From the NCBI GenBank assembly GCA_042584825.1, contig JBHOSK010000001.1, positions 1,777 through 65,776 of the forward strand: a stretch of 64,000 nt of DNA, written 5' to 3'. This document shows, in pieces, positions 51,332-60,987 of this stretch. This stretch comes from Candidatus Aenigmatarchaeota archaeon. Its GTDB lineage: Archaea > Aenigmatarchaeota > Aenigmatarchaeia > GW2011-AR5. Made by a program: the position numbers and the translations under genes. The notes beneath the pieces are model-generated. The model searched no databases. It saw nothing but the letters and a program-made list of their open reading frames with translations, and was not told the DNA's origin. Within the stretch, counting starts at the first letter, position 1; every line of letters begins with the position of its first letter.

Positions 51332-51838
51332 ATGAGTAAACTCAAATCTTATCGTTCTCCTAAAGTAGAAGTTAAAGAAAGCCTTTTAGGAAATAAAGGT
51401 ATTTTCGCAAAAGAAGATATTAAGAAAGGGGAGATCGTTTTTATAAAAAATGGTCATATAGTGAATTTTGAAGAAGCAAAAAGATATAATGAAAATCTTG
51501 GAGATTTATACGCGCTTCAAATAAATGATGACTTTTTCTTAACACCAACCAACGAAGAAGAAGTTGAAAATACTGTAATATTTGTTAATCATTCATGCAA
51601 CCCAAATTTAGGTCCTGAAGGACAAATAACTTTTGTAGCTTTGAGAGACATAAAATCAGGAGAAGAGCTATGTTACGATTATTCAACATGTCATACTCAC
51701 GAATTCCAATTTGAATGCAGATGCGGTTCAAAAAGCTGTAGGAAAATGATTACAGGAAATGATTGGAAAATAAAAAAATTACAAGACAACTATGGAAACA
51801 ATTTTTCTAGTTACATAATTAGGAAAATTAAAAGTTAG
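51332..51838 (+). CDS. SET-domain protein-lysine methyltransferase
   Basis: NHSCNPN, ELCYDY and post-SET CxCxxxxC (CRCGSKSC) motifs. Confidence 0.75.
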   Translation: MSKLKSYRSPKVEVKESLLGNKGIFAKEDIKKGEIVFIKNGHIVNFEEAKRYNENLGDLYALQINDDFFLTPTNEEEVENTVIFVNHSCNPNLGPEGQITFVALRDIKSGEELCYDYSTCHTHEFQFECRCGSKSCRKMITGNDWKIKKLQDNYGNNFSSYIIRKIKS

Positions 51839-51844
51839 AACAAC

Positions 51845-52159
51845 TTACAACACAACATCATCTTTAGGATTAAATTCAGGAGAACAAATCATAAACCATT
51901 TCATCTTTCCAACAATGTTATACGGTGTATTCTTTGGGATAAAAATTACATCTTCTTTACTAACAACATTTTCTTCATCATTAATAACGAATTTACCTTC
52001 ACCTTCAACAATAAAATAAACTCTATCTTCATTAATACATTTTATTTTCCCATGATCTCCATCTATCTCTATTAGAGCTGCACTAAAATCAGAATTGATT
52101 TTATATTCATCTATTTTCATTGGTCCTCTTTCTTTTCTATCCCCTTTCTTTACTATCAT
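51845..52159 (-). CDS. Cupin-domain protein
   Basis: About 104 aa with the two-His/Glu cupin_2-like beta-barrel pattern (DHGKIKCINEDRVYFIVEGEGKF). Confidence 0.5.
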   Translation of the reverse strand: MIVKKGDRKERGPMKIDEYKINSDFSAALIEIDGDHGKIKCINEDRVYFIVEGEGKFVINDEENVVSKEDVIFIPKNTPYNIVGKMKWFMICSPEFNPKDDVVL

Positions 52160-52190
52160 AAATTCAATTAGAATTAATTTTATTTAAAAA

Positions 52191-53642
52191 TTACATATCC
52201 ATCCATTTTGGTCCAAACTTATTTTTTTTCTTATCACGTTTTGAATGATATGATCCACCACCAGTATATGCAGGATTTGATGAAGAGTATGTTTGTTCAC
52301 CACCGTATGTCAATCCTTCTGGAACATCAACTTTACCTTTATACCCCTGATCAGTTTCTGATGTTTTAATTTTCGTTGTCTCGGGTTTCCACAATTTGAA
52401 TAATTGTTTATCAAATTCCAAAAAAGCCTTTACCACGTGTTTAATATTAGCCGGCTTAAATCCCGTTTGAAAGCTCCACAAAACCTTTCTTTCTTTTGTA
52501 TCAATTGCATAAAGGTTTGCATCACCACCACCAAAATATAAAACACCGTTCACAATCAACGGCGATGATATTATAATATCACCAGTATCAAATTTCCATA
52601 CAAGTTTTCCATTTTCACCTATACAATACATAGAACCGTCAATAGACGCAACATATATCTTATTGTCATGGAAAATGGGTGTGTTGGTTATTGGACCATC
52701 AGCTTCGAACTTCCAGTTAAGCTTACCATCATAAGTTACAGAGTAAACATGCCTGTCAAAAGAAGAAAAATAAATATTTTTATTATCTAATAGCCCATGA
52801 CTACCAGTCATACCATCTGTTATAAATTTCCATTTAATTTCTCCATTAAGATCAGTACAATAAAAATTATTGTCACGCGAACCAAAATAAACAAAACCGT
52901 TTTCTGTTTTTGGACTTTTTTTATGTGATCGGTCTCTAAAATTCCATATTTCATTACCACGTTCATCAGCAATGACAGGAGAACCAAACCCACCAACAAA
53001 ATTTCCAGCAATAACTTCCCATTTCTTTGCCCCGTCAGGAGACAAACAATAGAATTTTTTATCAAAAGAACCAAAGTAAATATCATTATTTACAACAGCA
53101 GGAGAATTAACAATAGCATCACCAGTAATGAATTCCCATTTTTTCTCACCGCCCGTAGACAAACAATAAAATTTTTTGTCACCAGAACCAAAATATACTC
53201 TATCTTCAACAACACAGGGTGATGAAACTATTCTGTGACCAGTTTTGAATTTCCATAATAACTTCCCTTCAAGTGTCAATGCGTATAGAAAACCATCATA
53301 AGAACCAAAATATACAACACCATCGTGAATAACAGCAGATGAAAATATTACATCCCCAGCTATAAACTTCCACAACTCCTTTCCTGTTTCAGCAGAAAGT
53401 GCATAAAAGTTCTTGTTGCATGCGCCAAAATAAATCACGCCATTATGATAAATAGGAGTAGCCCAAATATTACCGCCTTGCGGCATATCATATGAATTAT
53501 CAAAAGTAGAAAAATCGTGTTTTGGAATTTCTTCCTTCACCCTTTCAATTGCATAATATTTTGTTTCCTCTTCTGGGCTTGGTTGTTCTTCCTTTTGCCT
53601 ACTATCCCTATACCCATCCATAATTATCACATATCCATCCAT
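52191..53642 (-). CDS. PQQ-repeat beta-propeller protein (paralogue 2) with conserved basic Gly/Ser/Tyr-rich C-terminal tail
   Basis: Eight or more repeats of the type LWKFxTG..I.SSP.I.....YFGS.D..FYAL; no N-terminal signal peptide; C-terminal 50 aa nearly identical to the upstream paralogue. Confidence 0.7.
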   Translation of the reverse strand: MDGYVIIMDGYRDSRQKEEQPSPEEETKYYAIERVKEEIPKHDFSTFDNSYDMPQGGNIWATPIYHNGVIYFGACNKNFYALSAETGKELWKFIAGDVIFSSAVIHDGVVYFGSYDGFLYALTLEGKLLWKFKTGHRIVSSPCVVEDRVYFGSGDKKFYCLSTGGEKKWEFITGDAIVNSPAVVNNDIYFGSFDKKFYCLSPDGAKKWEVIAGNFVGGFGSPVIADERGNEIWNFRDRSHKKSPKTENGFVYFGSRDNNFYCTDLNGEIKWKFITDGMTGSHGLLDNKNIYFSSFDRHVYSVTYDGKLNWKFEADGPITNTPIFHDNKIYVASIDGSMYCIGENGKLVWKFDTGDIIISSPLIVNGVLYFGGGDANLYAIDTKERKVLWSFQTGFKPANIKHVVKAFLEFDKQLFKLWKPETTKIKTSETDQGYKGKVDVPEGLTYGGEQTYSSSNPAYTGGGSYHSKRDKKKNKFGPKWMDM

Positions 53643-55057
53643 TTTGGACCAAATTTATTTTTCTTCTTATCACGCTTTGAGTGATATGATCCACCACCAG
53701 TGTATGCAGGATTCGATGATGAATATGTTCGTTCACCACCATATGTCAATCCTTCTGGAACATCAACTTTACCTTTGTATCCACGTTGAGACGCGTCTAC
53801 AGAACCAGAAGCACCACGCGTTTCTGGCTTCCAAACCTTGAATATTTTTTTATCAAACTCTGTTATAACATTAATATTTCTTTTTACATTTGATTGAAAC
53901 CCCTGACCAGTTTGAAATGTCCATAAAACATCACGTGTATCCATATCAAGAGCATATAGAAAAGTATCCATCGATCCAAAGATAATCATATTTTTATGTA
54001 TTATTGGTGAGGAACCGACAATACCACCAGTGTTAAACTTCCACAATGTTTCGCCCTCAGTTGAAACAGCATAAAAATTCTTGTCAAAGGAACCAAAGTA
54101 AACAACGTTATTATGAATAAACGGAGACGATATTATAGGCCCACCCGATTCAAATTTCCATCTAAAATCACCATTAAGTGTTAATGCATACAGATGTCTG
54201 TCAAGTGAACCAAAATACACAGAACCATTAGAAGCAAAAGGCGCAGAAAGAGGCGCACCATCAAACATCTTTTTCCATAACAACTTTCCATCCAATGACA
54301 CAGAATAGATATTTTTATCTAAAGAACCAAACAGAACAGAACCGTCTTTAACTGTTGGTGATTTTTTATGACATCGTTGTCTAAAAGAAGATATTGAGTT
54401 TTTGTCAACAAGAATTGGACTTGTAAATATATGATTAAAAGCAGGGAATTTCCATTGTAAACTTCCATCATCAGACAAACAATACATATTTTTATCCTTT
54501 GATCCTATGAATATCATATCATTTGCAACCGCAGCTGTTGTATCAAACGGTCCATCTGCTTCAAATTTCCACAACAAATCACCATCAAAAGACAGTGAAT
54601 AGAAAAAATTATCACCACCGCCGATGTAAATTCTATCTCCAACAATTACTGGAGAGTCAACAATTTTATTCCCAGTTTTATATTTCCATAATAATTTTCC
54701 ATTATCAGCAGAAAGACAATATATAAAACCATCAAAGGAAGCAACAAAAAGCTTGTCATCAACAATAGTTGGTGAAGATATTACCACTCCACCAGTTCTA
54801 TATTGCCATTTCATTTTTCCATCAAGATCAAGAGCATAAACATATTGATCACACCCACCAAAATATATTGTATCATTATATAGAAACGCGCTTGAACCAA
54901 TACTACCACTTACTTCTATGTCCCATATATCATCAAAACCAGGTTCTTTTGTTTCTTGTTTCGGATCTTCCTTTCTTTTTATAGCATAATATTTTTCTTC
55001 TTTCTCGTTCAACCCCTTCTCTGATTCATCCGATATATCAGATTTATACCCGTCCAT
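53627..55057 (-). CDS. PQQ-repeat beta-propeller protein (paralogue 1) with the same C-terminal tail
   Basis: Same repeat architecture; ends YKGKVDVPEGLTYGGERTYSSSNPAYTGGGSYHSKRDKKKNKFGPKWMDM; its stop region overlaps the start of paralogue 2. Confidence 0.7.
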   Translation of the reverse strand: MDGYKSDISDESEKGLNEKEEKYYAIKRKEDPKQETKEPGFDDIWDIEVSGSIGSSAFLYNDTIYFGGCDQYVYALDLDGKMKWQYRTGGVVISSPTIVDDKLFVASFDGFIYCLSADNGKLLWKYKTGNKIVDSPVIVGDRIYIGGGDNFFYSLSFDGDLLWKFEADGPFDTTAAVANDMIFIGSKDKNMYCLSDDGSLQWKFPAFNHIFTSPILVDKNSISSFRQRCHKKSPTVKDGSVLFGSLDKNIYSVSLDGKLLWKKMFDGAPLSAPFASNGSVYFGSLDRHLYALTLNGDFRWKFESGGPIISSPFIHNNVVYFGSFDKNFYAVSTEGETLWKFNTGGIVGSSPIIHKNMIIFGSMDTFLYALDMDTRDVLWTFQTGQGFQSNVKRNINVITEFDKKIFKVWKPETRGASGSVDASQRGYKGKVDVPEGLTYGGERTYSSSNPAYTGGGSYHSKRDKKKNKFGPKWMDM

Positions 55058-55112
55058 ATTTTCAACTTGAAATAGAACCTTTATAAAACTAAACAGTCAA
55101 GAATTGTGTTAT

Positions 55113-55185
55113 GGGCTGATAGATCAATTGGAAGATCGCTACCCTTGCAAGGTAGAGGCTCCGGGTTCGAGTCCCGGTCGGTCCA
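55113..55185 (+). tRNA. tRNA-Ala (anticodon TGC)
   Basis: Acceptor gggctga/tcggtcc, anticodon stem ctacc/ggtag with loop cTTGCaa, T-arm tccgggttcgagtcccgg; sits in the classical archaeal position between 16S and 23S. Confidence 0.8.
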
Positions 55186-55203
55186 TATTTTTTATTCAGT
55201 AAG

Positions 55204-56001
55204 ATGATAAATATGTCACAAGAAAAAATTTTCATTGAAAACCACGGACAAAAACTTGCAGCTGTGATGCACGTACCAGTTGATCCGACAAAGGTCGGCA
55301 TAATACTTGTACACGGATTCACAAGCAGTAAAAGAGAAGAAGCAGGTGATAAGTATGCTCGTCTTGCAGACGCTTTATGTAATAAAGGGTTTCTTGTACT
55401 TCGTTTTGACTTTCGTGGTCATGGTGAAAGTGAAGGCTTATTTGAAGATACTTCTTTATCATCGGAGTCAAGCGATCTAAACAAAATGATTTCATTCTTA
55501 AAAGAAAATGGGATTGAAAAAATTGGTGTTGTTGGATGCAGTTTAGGAGGATTTGTAACTTTGTTAACCTACCACAACAACATGGATTGTGTTGTGCTTT
55601 GGTACCCTGCTATATTTCTGAAAGAGTCTGACATATTCAAAGAAATGAAGTCTCGTGAAAAAGAACTGGAAAAAGACGGCAAATTATTTGCCAGACAACT
55701 TGAAGGAAAGAAATATTACATAGGTAAACAAATGTGGGAAGAGTGGAATAGCATAGATGTTTTTTCAAAAGTAAAAGATGTAAAATGTCCTATATTATTT
55801 TTAACAGGAAATAAAGATGTGAACGTTGATCCCAGCCAATCAGAAAAAGCTTTTGCTGTTGCTTCTGAGCCCAAAAGGCTCGAAATAATAGATGGTGCAG
55901 CACATGCATGGAGAGACGAAGATTGGAATTTAGTTGAAGGCTATTTCTTGCACGCAACGAAACTTACAGTTGACTGGTTTGTAGAGTGGCTAAAACCCTA
56001 A
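55204..56001 (+). CDS. Alpha/beta-hydrolase (esterase/dienelactone-hydrolase-like)
   Basis: GCSLGG nucleophile elbow, HGFTSS oxyanion region, His near the C-terminus. Confidence 0.7.
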   Translation: MINMSQEKIFIENHGQKLAAVMHVPVDPTKVGIILVHGFTSSKREEAGDKYARLADALCNKGFLVLRFDFRGHGESEGLFEDTSLSSESSDLNKMISFLKENGIEKIGVVGCSLGGFVTLLTYHNNMDCVVLWYPAIFLKESDIFKEMKSREKELEKDGKLFARQLEGKKYYIGKQMWEEWNSIDVFSKVKDVKCPILFLTGNKDVNVDPSQSEKAFAVASEPKRLEIIDGAAHAWRDEDWNLVEGYFLHATKLTVDWFVEWLKP

Positions 56002-56010
56002 CATAAGAAA

Positions 56011-56095
56011 AACCTTTTAATACGGTCGAGCATGAATTCTTAGTATGAAGTTTATGATTATAGCAATAACAATTGCATCTATATTATTAATTAGT
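56011..56095 (+). repeat. Direct repeat copy 1 (upstream region plus signal-peptide coding of the Kazal lipoprotein genes)
   Basis: aaaaccttttaatacggtcgagcatgaattctta..atgaagtttatgattatagcaata recurs at 56771..56855 with 2-3 mismatches. Confidence 0.7.
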
Positions 56096-56770
56096 GGATG
56101 CACTACACAACCCAATAATGATGAAAACAGTGCAGCAAGATCAGCAATGGAAATTGGATGGTTATTTGATATTGATTCTGGTGAAAAATACTTTGTAAGT
56201 ATTGGTTATTATCAAAACATAATGGACAAGGTTTATACACAAGAAGAAATAATTCAACTTAGTGGTAGCTTAGAACCAACAATAACTCACACACAAGAAG
56301 AATGGCTTGCAAGTTGTGAAGAATTACAATTACAAATGTACGTAAGAGAATGTTCAGAAGAAGGATGGCAAACAGAATGTTCTGGAAGTAATGAAAAACC
56401 ATGTCTAAGCTCTTTTGAATATTGGCAAAGCATGTGCGAATCAGCCAATGCTCGTGCAAGAAGTTGCATGGATCATCAATATTGGTATTATGAACCAATC
56501 TTAATTCAATACATGGAAGAAAACGGAATCGAAGGTGAAATAATTGATGCTGTTGTGGCTTATTTCCCAATAACTGGTACAGGTTTACATCCAGGAACTT
56601 ATGGCGATAACAGAATATATTGTCAAGAAGACCAAAGAGGTGTAGGTGCTTGTACAATGGATTACACACCAGTTTGTGGTTTCTCAGATGACGGGTCAGA
56701 AACCTATTCTAATGGCTGTGTTGCATGCACCAACGAGAACGTAAATTACTACATTCCAGGCGAATGCTGA
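56045..56770 (+). CDS. Lipoprotein with C-terminal Kazal-type inhibitor-like domain (paralogue 1)
   Basis: Signal peptide with ISGC lipobox; C-terminal C...YTPVCGFSDDGSETYSNGCVAC...C matches the Kazal Cys/PVCG/TY.N.C spacing. Confidence 0.55.
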   Translation: MKFMIIAITIASILLISGCTTQPNNDENSAARSAMEIGWLFDIDSGEKYFVSIGYYQNIMDKVYTQEEIIQLSGSLEPTITHTQEEWLASCEELQLQMYVRECSEEGWQTECSGSNEKPCLSSFEYWQSMCESANARARSCMDHQYWYYEPILIQYMEENGIEGEIIDAVVAYFPITGTGLHPGTYGDNRIYCQEDQRGVGACTMDYTPVCGFSDDGSETYSNGCVACTNENVNYYIPGEC

Positions 56771-56855
56771 AAACCTTTTAATACGGTCGAGCATGAATTC
56801 TTATCATGAAGTTTATGATTATAGCAATAGCAATTGCGTCTATATTAATAATAAG
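56771..56855 (+). repeat. Direct repeat copy 2 (tandem duplication junction of the Kazal lipoprotein genes)
   Basis: See copy 1. Confidence 0.7.
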
Positions 56856-57207
56856 TGGATGTACTACACAACCCAACAACAATGAAAACAACAGCCCAAC
56901 AAATAACTGCAATTACGATGATCCACACAGGAACTATATAAGCAAAGATCCGGAACGATGTGCAGTAATGGATTTTGGATGTATGCCACCTTCTACAGGA
57001 TTTGACGATGAATGTGGTTGTGGTTGTGAAACCATCGGTGATGAAATACAATGTACAGAAAAAGAGATGGATCCAGCATGTATAGCTATATATGAACCTG
57101 TTTGTGGCTACACAGGCGTTGGTCACAGCTATAATTATCCTAATGAATGTGTAGCATGCAAGATGTCAGCTGTTTTCTATTACATCCCAGGCGAATGCCC
57201 AGAATAA
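56806..57207 (+). CDS. Lipoprotein with C-terminal Kazal-type inhibitor-like domain (paralogue 2)
   Basis: Near-identical signal peptide MKFMIIAIAIASILIISGC; C-terminal C.AIYEPVCGYTGVGHSYNYPNECVAC...C. Confidence 0.55.
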   Translation: MKFMIIAIAIASILIISGCTTQPNNNENNSPTNNCNYDDPHRNYISKDPERCAVMDFGCMPPSTGFDDECGCGCETIGDEIQCTEKEMDPACIAIYEPVCGYTGVGHSYNYPNECVACKMSAVFYYIPGECPE

Positions 57208-57550
57208 ATAAGCTTTTAAACTTTTCTCATTAAATAATGTAAGTTGTGGGGGTCAGAAATCCTTGCATTTCTAAGAAAATAGCGTATGAAAATACGTTGA
57301 TACAGTTAATAGGTAAATACCGAAGCTGTTCAGAGTCAGCTTCGTAATGTGGCAGGTTGCGTTGTTGTGGTAGAGGTTGAGTGAATATGAAAACAAAAAA
57401 AATCATTTCATCTTTTTCTGAGCAGATTTCAGTATGTACAATGAGCAAGAGATGTTAATACCGTCTATGTTCAAGACAGCTCACAAGCAAACGCTTGTTG
57501 GGTGGTGTGCAATAGGTTAATTGTATTAATCAAACAATATAACCGATGAA

Positions 57551-57569
57551 GCAATCACAAGTACCAGAA
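57551..57569 (+). promoter_or_regulatory. 5' strand of the 23S pre-rRNA processing stem
   Basis: gcaatcacaagtaccagaa is the exact reverse complement of 60590..60608. Confidence 0.65.
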
Positions 57570-57571
57570 CA

Positions 57572-60565
57572 AAGATAGCTAGCTCCCACGCTATTTGGTG
57601 GATGGATTGGTTCAAGTAGAGATGAAGGTCGTGGTAAGCTGCGATAAGCCTGGGCGAGACGCATGCAGTCTTTGAACTCAGGATTGCCGAATGGGACATC
57701 CCATTTACTTGCAATCGGTGCAAACTGGTTGTAAGGTCGTACGCGGAGAATTGAAACATCTTAGTAACCGCAGGAAGAGAAAGCAAAAGCGATGCCGTCA
57801 GTAAAGGCGATTGAAATCGGCATAGAACAAACCGAATCTGCCTTGAGAGAGAGCAGAGATGTGGGGTTTGGACTTGGGTTGTGCCTAATCAGCCAGTCTG
57901 AAGTGTGCTGGAAAGCACCGCGATAAAGGGTGATAGCCCCGTAAGAGAAAGTTGAAAGGTATATACCAAGTATCCAGAGTATGGCTCATCTGATTTTGAG
58001 TCAGAATACAGGAGACATCTACTCCTAATTCTAAACATAACTTGAGTCCGATAGTGTATTAGTACTGTGAGGGAAATCTGAAAAGTAACCTTAATAGGTG
58101 CTGAAAAGAACCTGAAACCATGTAGCTAGAGTAGGACGGGTAAGGCCATCGCAAGATGGAAGAATCCGTTGTCCGTTTCGAAAAACGGGGCAGGGAGTTT
58201 ATCTTACTGGCAAGGTTAATTTATTGTAGCCATAGGGAAACCGAGTGTGAAAACGCGTTAAGTCAGTAGGGTAAGACCCGAAACCTGACGATCTATTCCT
58301 GGGCAAGATGAAGGCGTGGGAAACCGCGCTCGAGGTCTGCCACTGGTGTTGGTACTAACCACTCAGGTGACCTGGGAATAGGGGTGAAAAGCCAATCGAG
58401 TCGGGTAATAGCTGGTTCCTCCTGAAATGTATCGGAGTACAGCCTCATCTGTATTTGTTAGTGGAGTAGAGCACTGATTAGGTAACCAAGGGGAGAAATC
58501 CCCAGTTATCTTGTCAAACTCCAAACACATTAACATTTGGATGGGAGTGAGGGCGTCTGGAGTAAGTTTGACGTCCGAGAGGGAAACAACCCAGACCGTA
58601 GTTAAGGCCCCCAAATATCGATTAAGTGTAATTGAAAGTTGTCTTGAACCACAGACAATGGGAAGGTTGGCTTAGAAGCAGCCATCCTTTAAACAACGCG
58701 TAACAGCGGACCCATCAAGGTTTGTGGCGCTGAAAATGGACGGGACTAAATCGATTGCCGATACTACGGAGTTATACATCTGTATAACTGGTAAGGAGGC
58801 GTACTGTTAGGGCAGAAGCATCTGCGTAAGTGGGTGTGGACCTTTCAGTAATGAAGATCCTGCCGGGAGTAGCATGCAAGTTGGGTGAGAATCCCAACCA
58901 CCTTAGGGGCCAGGGTTCCCCAGTAAATCTTATATGCTGGGGGTTAGTCGGTCCTAACCGAATCCTTAAGAAGGCATTCGGGAAAGGGAATGGCGTTAAT
59001 ATTCGTCAACTATTTAGTAACTATCTTGTCTGAGACATTTCAGGATATCTTGACTAGGATCATCGTCCTAGTTAAGCATTGAAACATGGGGAGTGGCGTA
59101 ATGTCGAGAACCGTGTGAATGTGCGAATAGCTTGGTGTATGCTGAGTTCAGGAGATTCCTGGAATCCGTGAAAATCAGACAAGTAACTATGCTAAATATC
59201 CGTACTCAGAACCGACACAGGTGCCCCTCGCTGAGTAGGCGAAGGTGTTCGGAATAATCAACCTTAGGGAATTCGGCAAGTTAGCCATGTATCTTAGGTA
59301 CAAGTGGTGCCAGATTCGAGAGAATCTGGTCGCAGTGACAAGGGAAATCCGACTGTTTAACAAAAACGTAGTTGGCTGCTAAGCAGAAATGCCTTGTATA
59401 GCCAATGAGTCGTGGCCACTAGTGGTGTGTGAAAGCCGATTCCAATCGGAAGAAGCCCCACTGTAGGCCGGCCCTAACTCTGAGGGTCTTAAGGTAGCGT
59501 AATCCCTTGCCGATTAATTGTCGGCCCGCATGATAGATTCACGAGATTTCCATTGTCCCAAGGTTGACTCCGGCGAAACTATTGTTCTGGTGATTAGGCC
59601 AGAGACCTCTAGTGGGAAGAGTAGACCCCGTGGAGCTTTACTGCAGGCTGTTGTTGCGGTAGAGATGTGAATGTATAGCGTAGGTAGGAGCTTCGGCACC
59701 AATGTAACACTACCCTTTCATGTCTCTACTGCTCATACGGAGCAAATTCGTAGACATCGACAGTTAGGCAGTTTGACTGGGGCGGTACGCCCTTGAAAGA
59801 ATATCAAGGGCCCTCTAAGCTCAACTTATCAGGGTCAGAAATCCTGAGTTAAGTGTAAGGATAAAAGTTGGGTTGATTGGACTTCTACAAGCATGATGTC
59901 CAACCGCGAAAGCGTGACCTAGCGATACGCAGTTTGGCCTAGATGGCTGGCTGTGACATGAGAAAAGCTACCCCGGGGATAATGGTGTCGTAGCGGGTGA
60001 GAGTTCTTATCCGCGGCTACGAGACTAGTGTCTATTCCTCACTAAAGAGAATGACTAGACAAACATAGGTAAACGTAGCTATAGCGTTGATAGTGTAAAG
60101 TCGATTTTCCTAGCACATCAAGTGCGATGCGGAGAACAAATCGACCCCGCGTGTTGCGGCGTCGCTGTCGGCTCGCCCTCTCCTGGCTGTGCAGCAGCAG
60201 CCAAGGGTACTGGAGTCCACAGGTTAAAAGGGCACGTTAGCTGGGTTCAGAACGGCGTGAGCCAGTTTGGTCTATATCTGCTAGAGGTGTTGCTGTCTGA
60301 GGGGAAGGAAGGATAAGTACGAAAGGAACATCCTTCCGTGGCTTCTGGTTTATCTGTTGTCTGACAAGGCAGTGCAGAGTAGCTACGCCACGTTTGATAA
60401 GTGCTGAAAGCATCTAAGCACGAAGCAGCTCTCGAAAAGAGACAGCTTGGCACCGACAAGACGATCGGTTATGGGACAGGGATGTAAGTATCGAGCTTCG
60501 GCGAGATATTAAGTCCACTGTACCCTACGCCAATGCTAGCCTTTAAAGCGCAGAAGTTGCGGCTT
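57572..60565 (+). rRNA. 23S ribosomal RNA (ends approximate)
   Basis: GGTAAGCTGCGATAAGCCTGGG ... CCGAATGGGACATCCC 5'-domain signatures; sarcin-ricin-loop and PTC-region sequences further on; bracketed by a processing stem. Confidence 0.85.
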
Positions 60566-60572
60566 TTGCGAA

Positions 60573-60608
60573 GACCAATTAATTGGTCTTTCTGGTACTT
60601 GTGATTGC
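60573..60608 (+). promoter_or_regulatory. Perfect palindromic hairpin plus 3' strand of the 23S processing stem, followed by a T-rich tract
   Basis: aagaccaattaattggtctt hairpin, then ttctggtacttgtgattgc pairing with 57551..57569, then ttttcttttttaaag. Confidence 0.6.
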
Positions 60609-60987
60609 TGATTTTCTTTTTTAAAGTTTTACTGACTAGCTCTTGCTATGTCAGATAGGATGAATATAAAATTGCGCAGACGCGAATTACATAGAACAAG
60701 CCCTTCAATGAGCATACCATTTTCAGATCATCCTGAAATAGAACCAGAATATCAAAGACAAACAGTTACTGTTGTACGTCGTGGGAGAAATCTTTATGTT
60801 GGTAAAAACAGATTAAGAGGAAAAACAGAAATATATGCCCTATCTTTTTTTCAAGAAGATTTATAATTAATTTTATTTACTTCTTAATAATGAAAATAAA
60901 CTAAAAGGTAAATTTGAAGACTGCACTAATATTTCAGATTTGTACCAAAACACACTATATAAACAAAGTCATATTAAATAACAGGTC

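Noticed and set aside
55089-55322. 77-aa minus-strand ORF
   Set aside because: It overlaps tRNA-Ala(TGC) and the start of the alpha/beta-hydrolase gene; it is a spurious antisense frame.
57526-60459. ORF-track entries inside the 23S gene (57526..57786, 58363..58614, 58830..59033, 59514..59702, 60122..60316, 60247..60459)
   Set aside because: Same reasoning: they sit inside 23S rRNA.
60648-60866. 72-aa basic ORF directly after the 23S processing stem
   Set aside because: It could be a small RNA-binding protein but has no recognisable motif and begins inside the 23S 3' trailer. Too uncertain to call.
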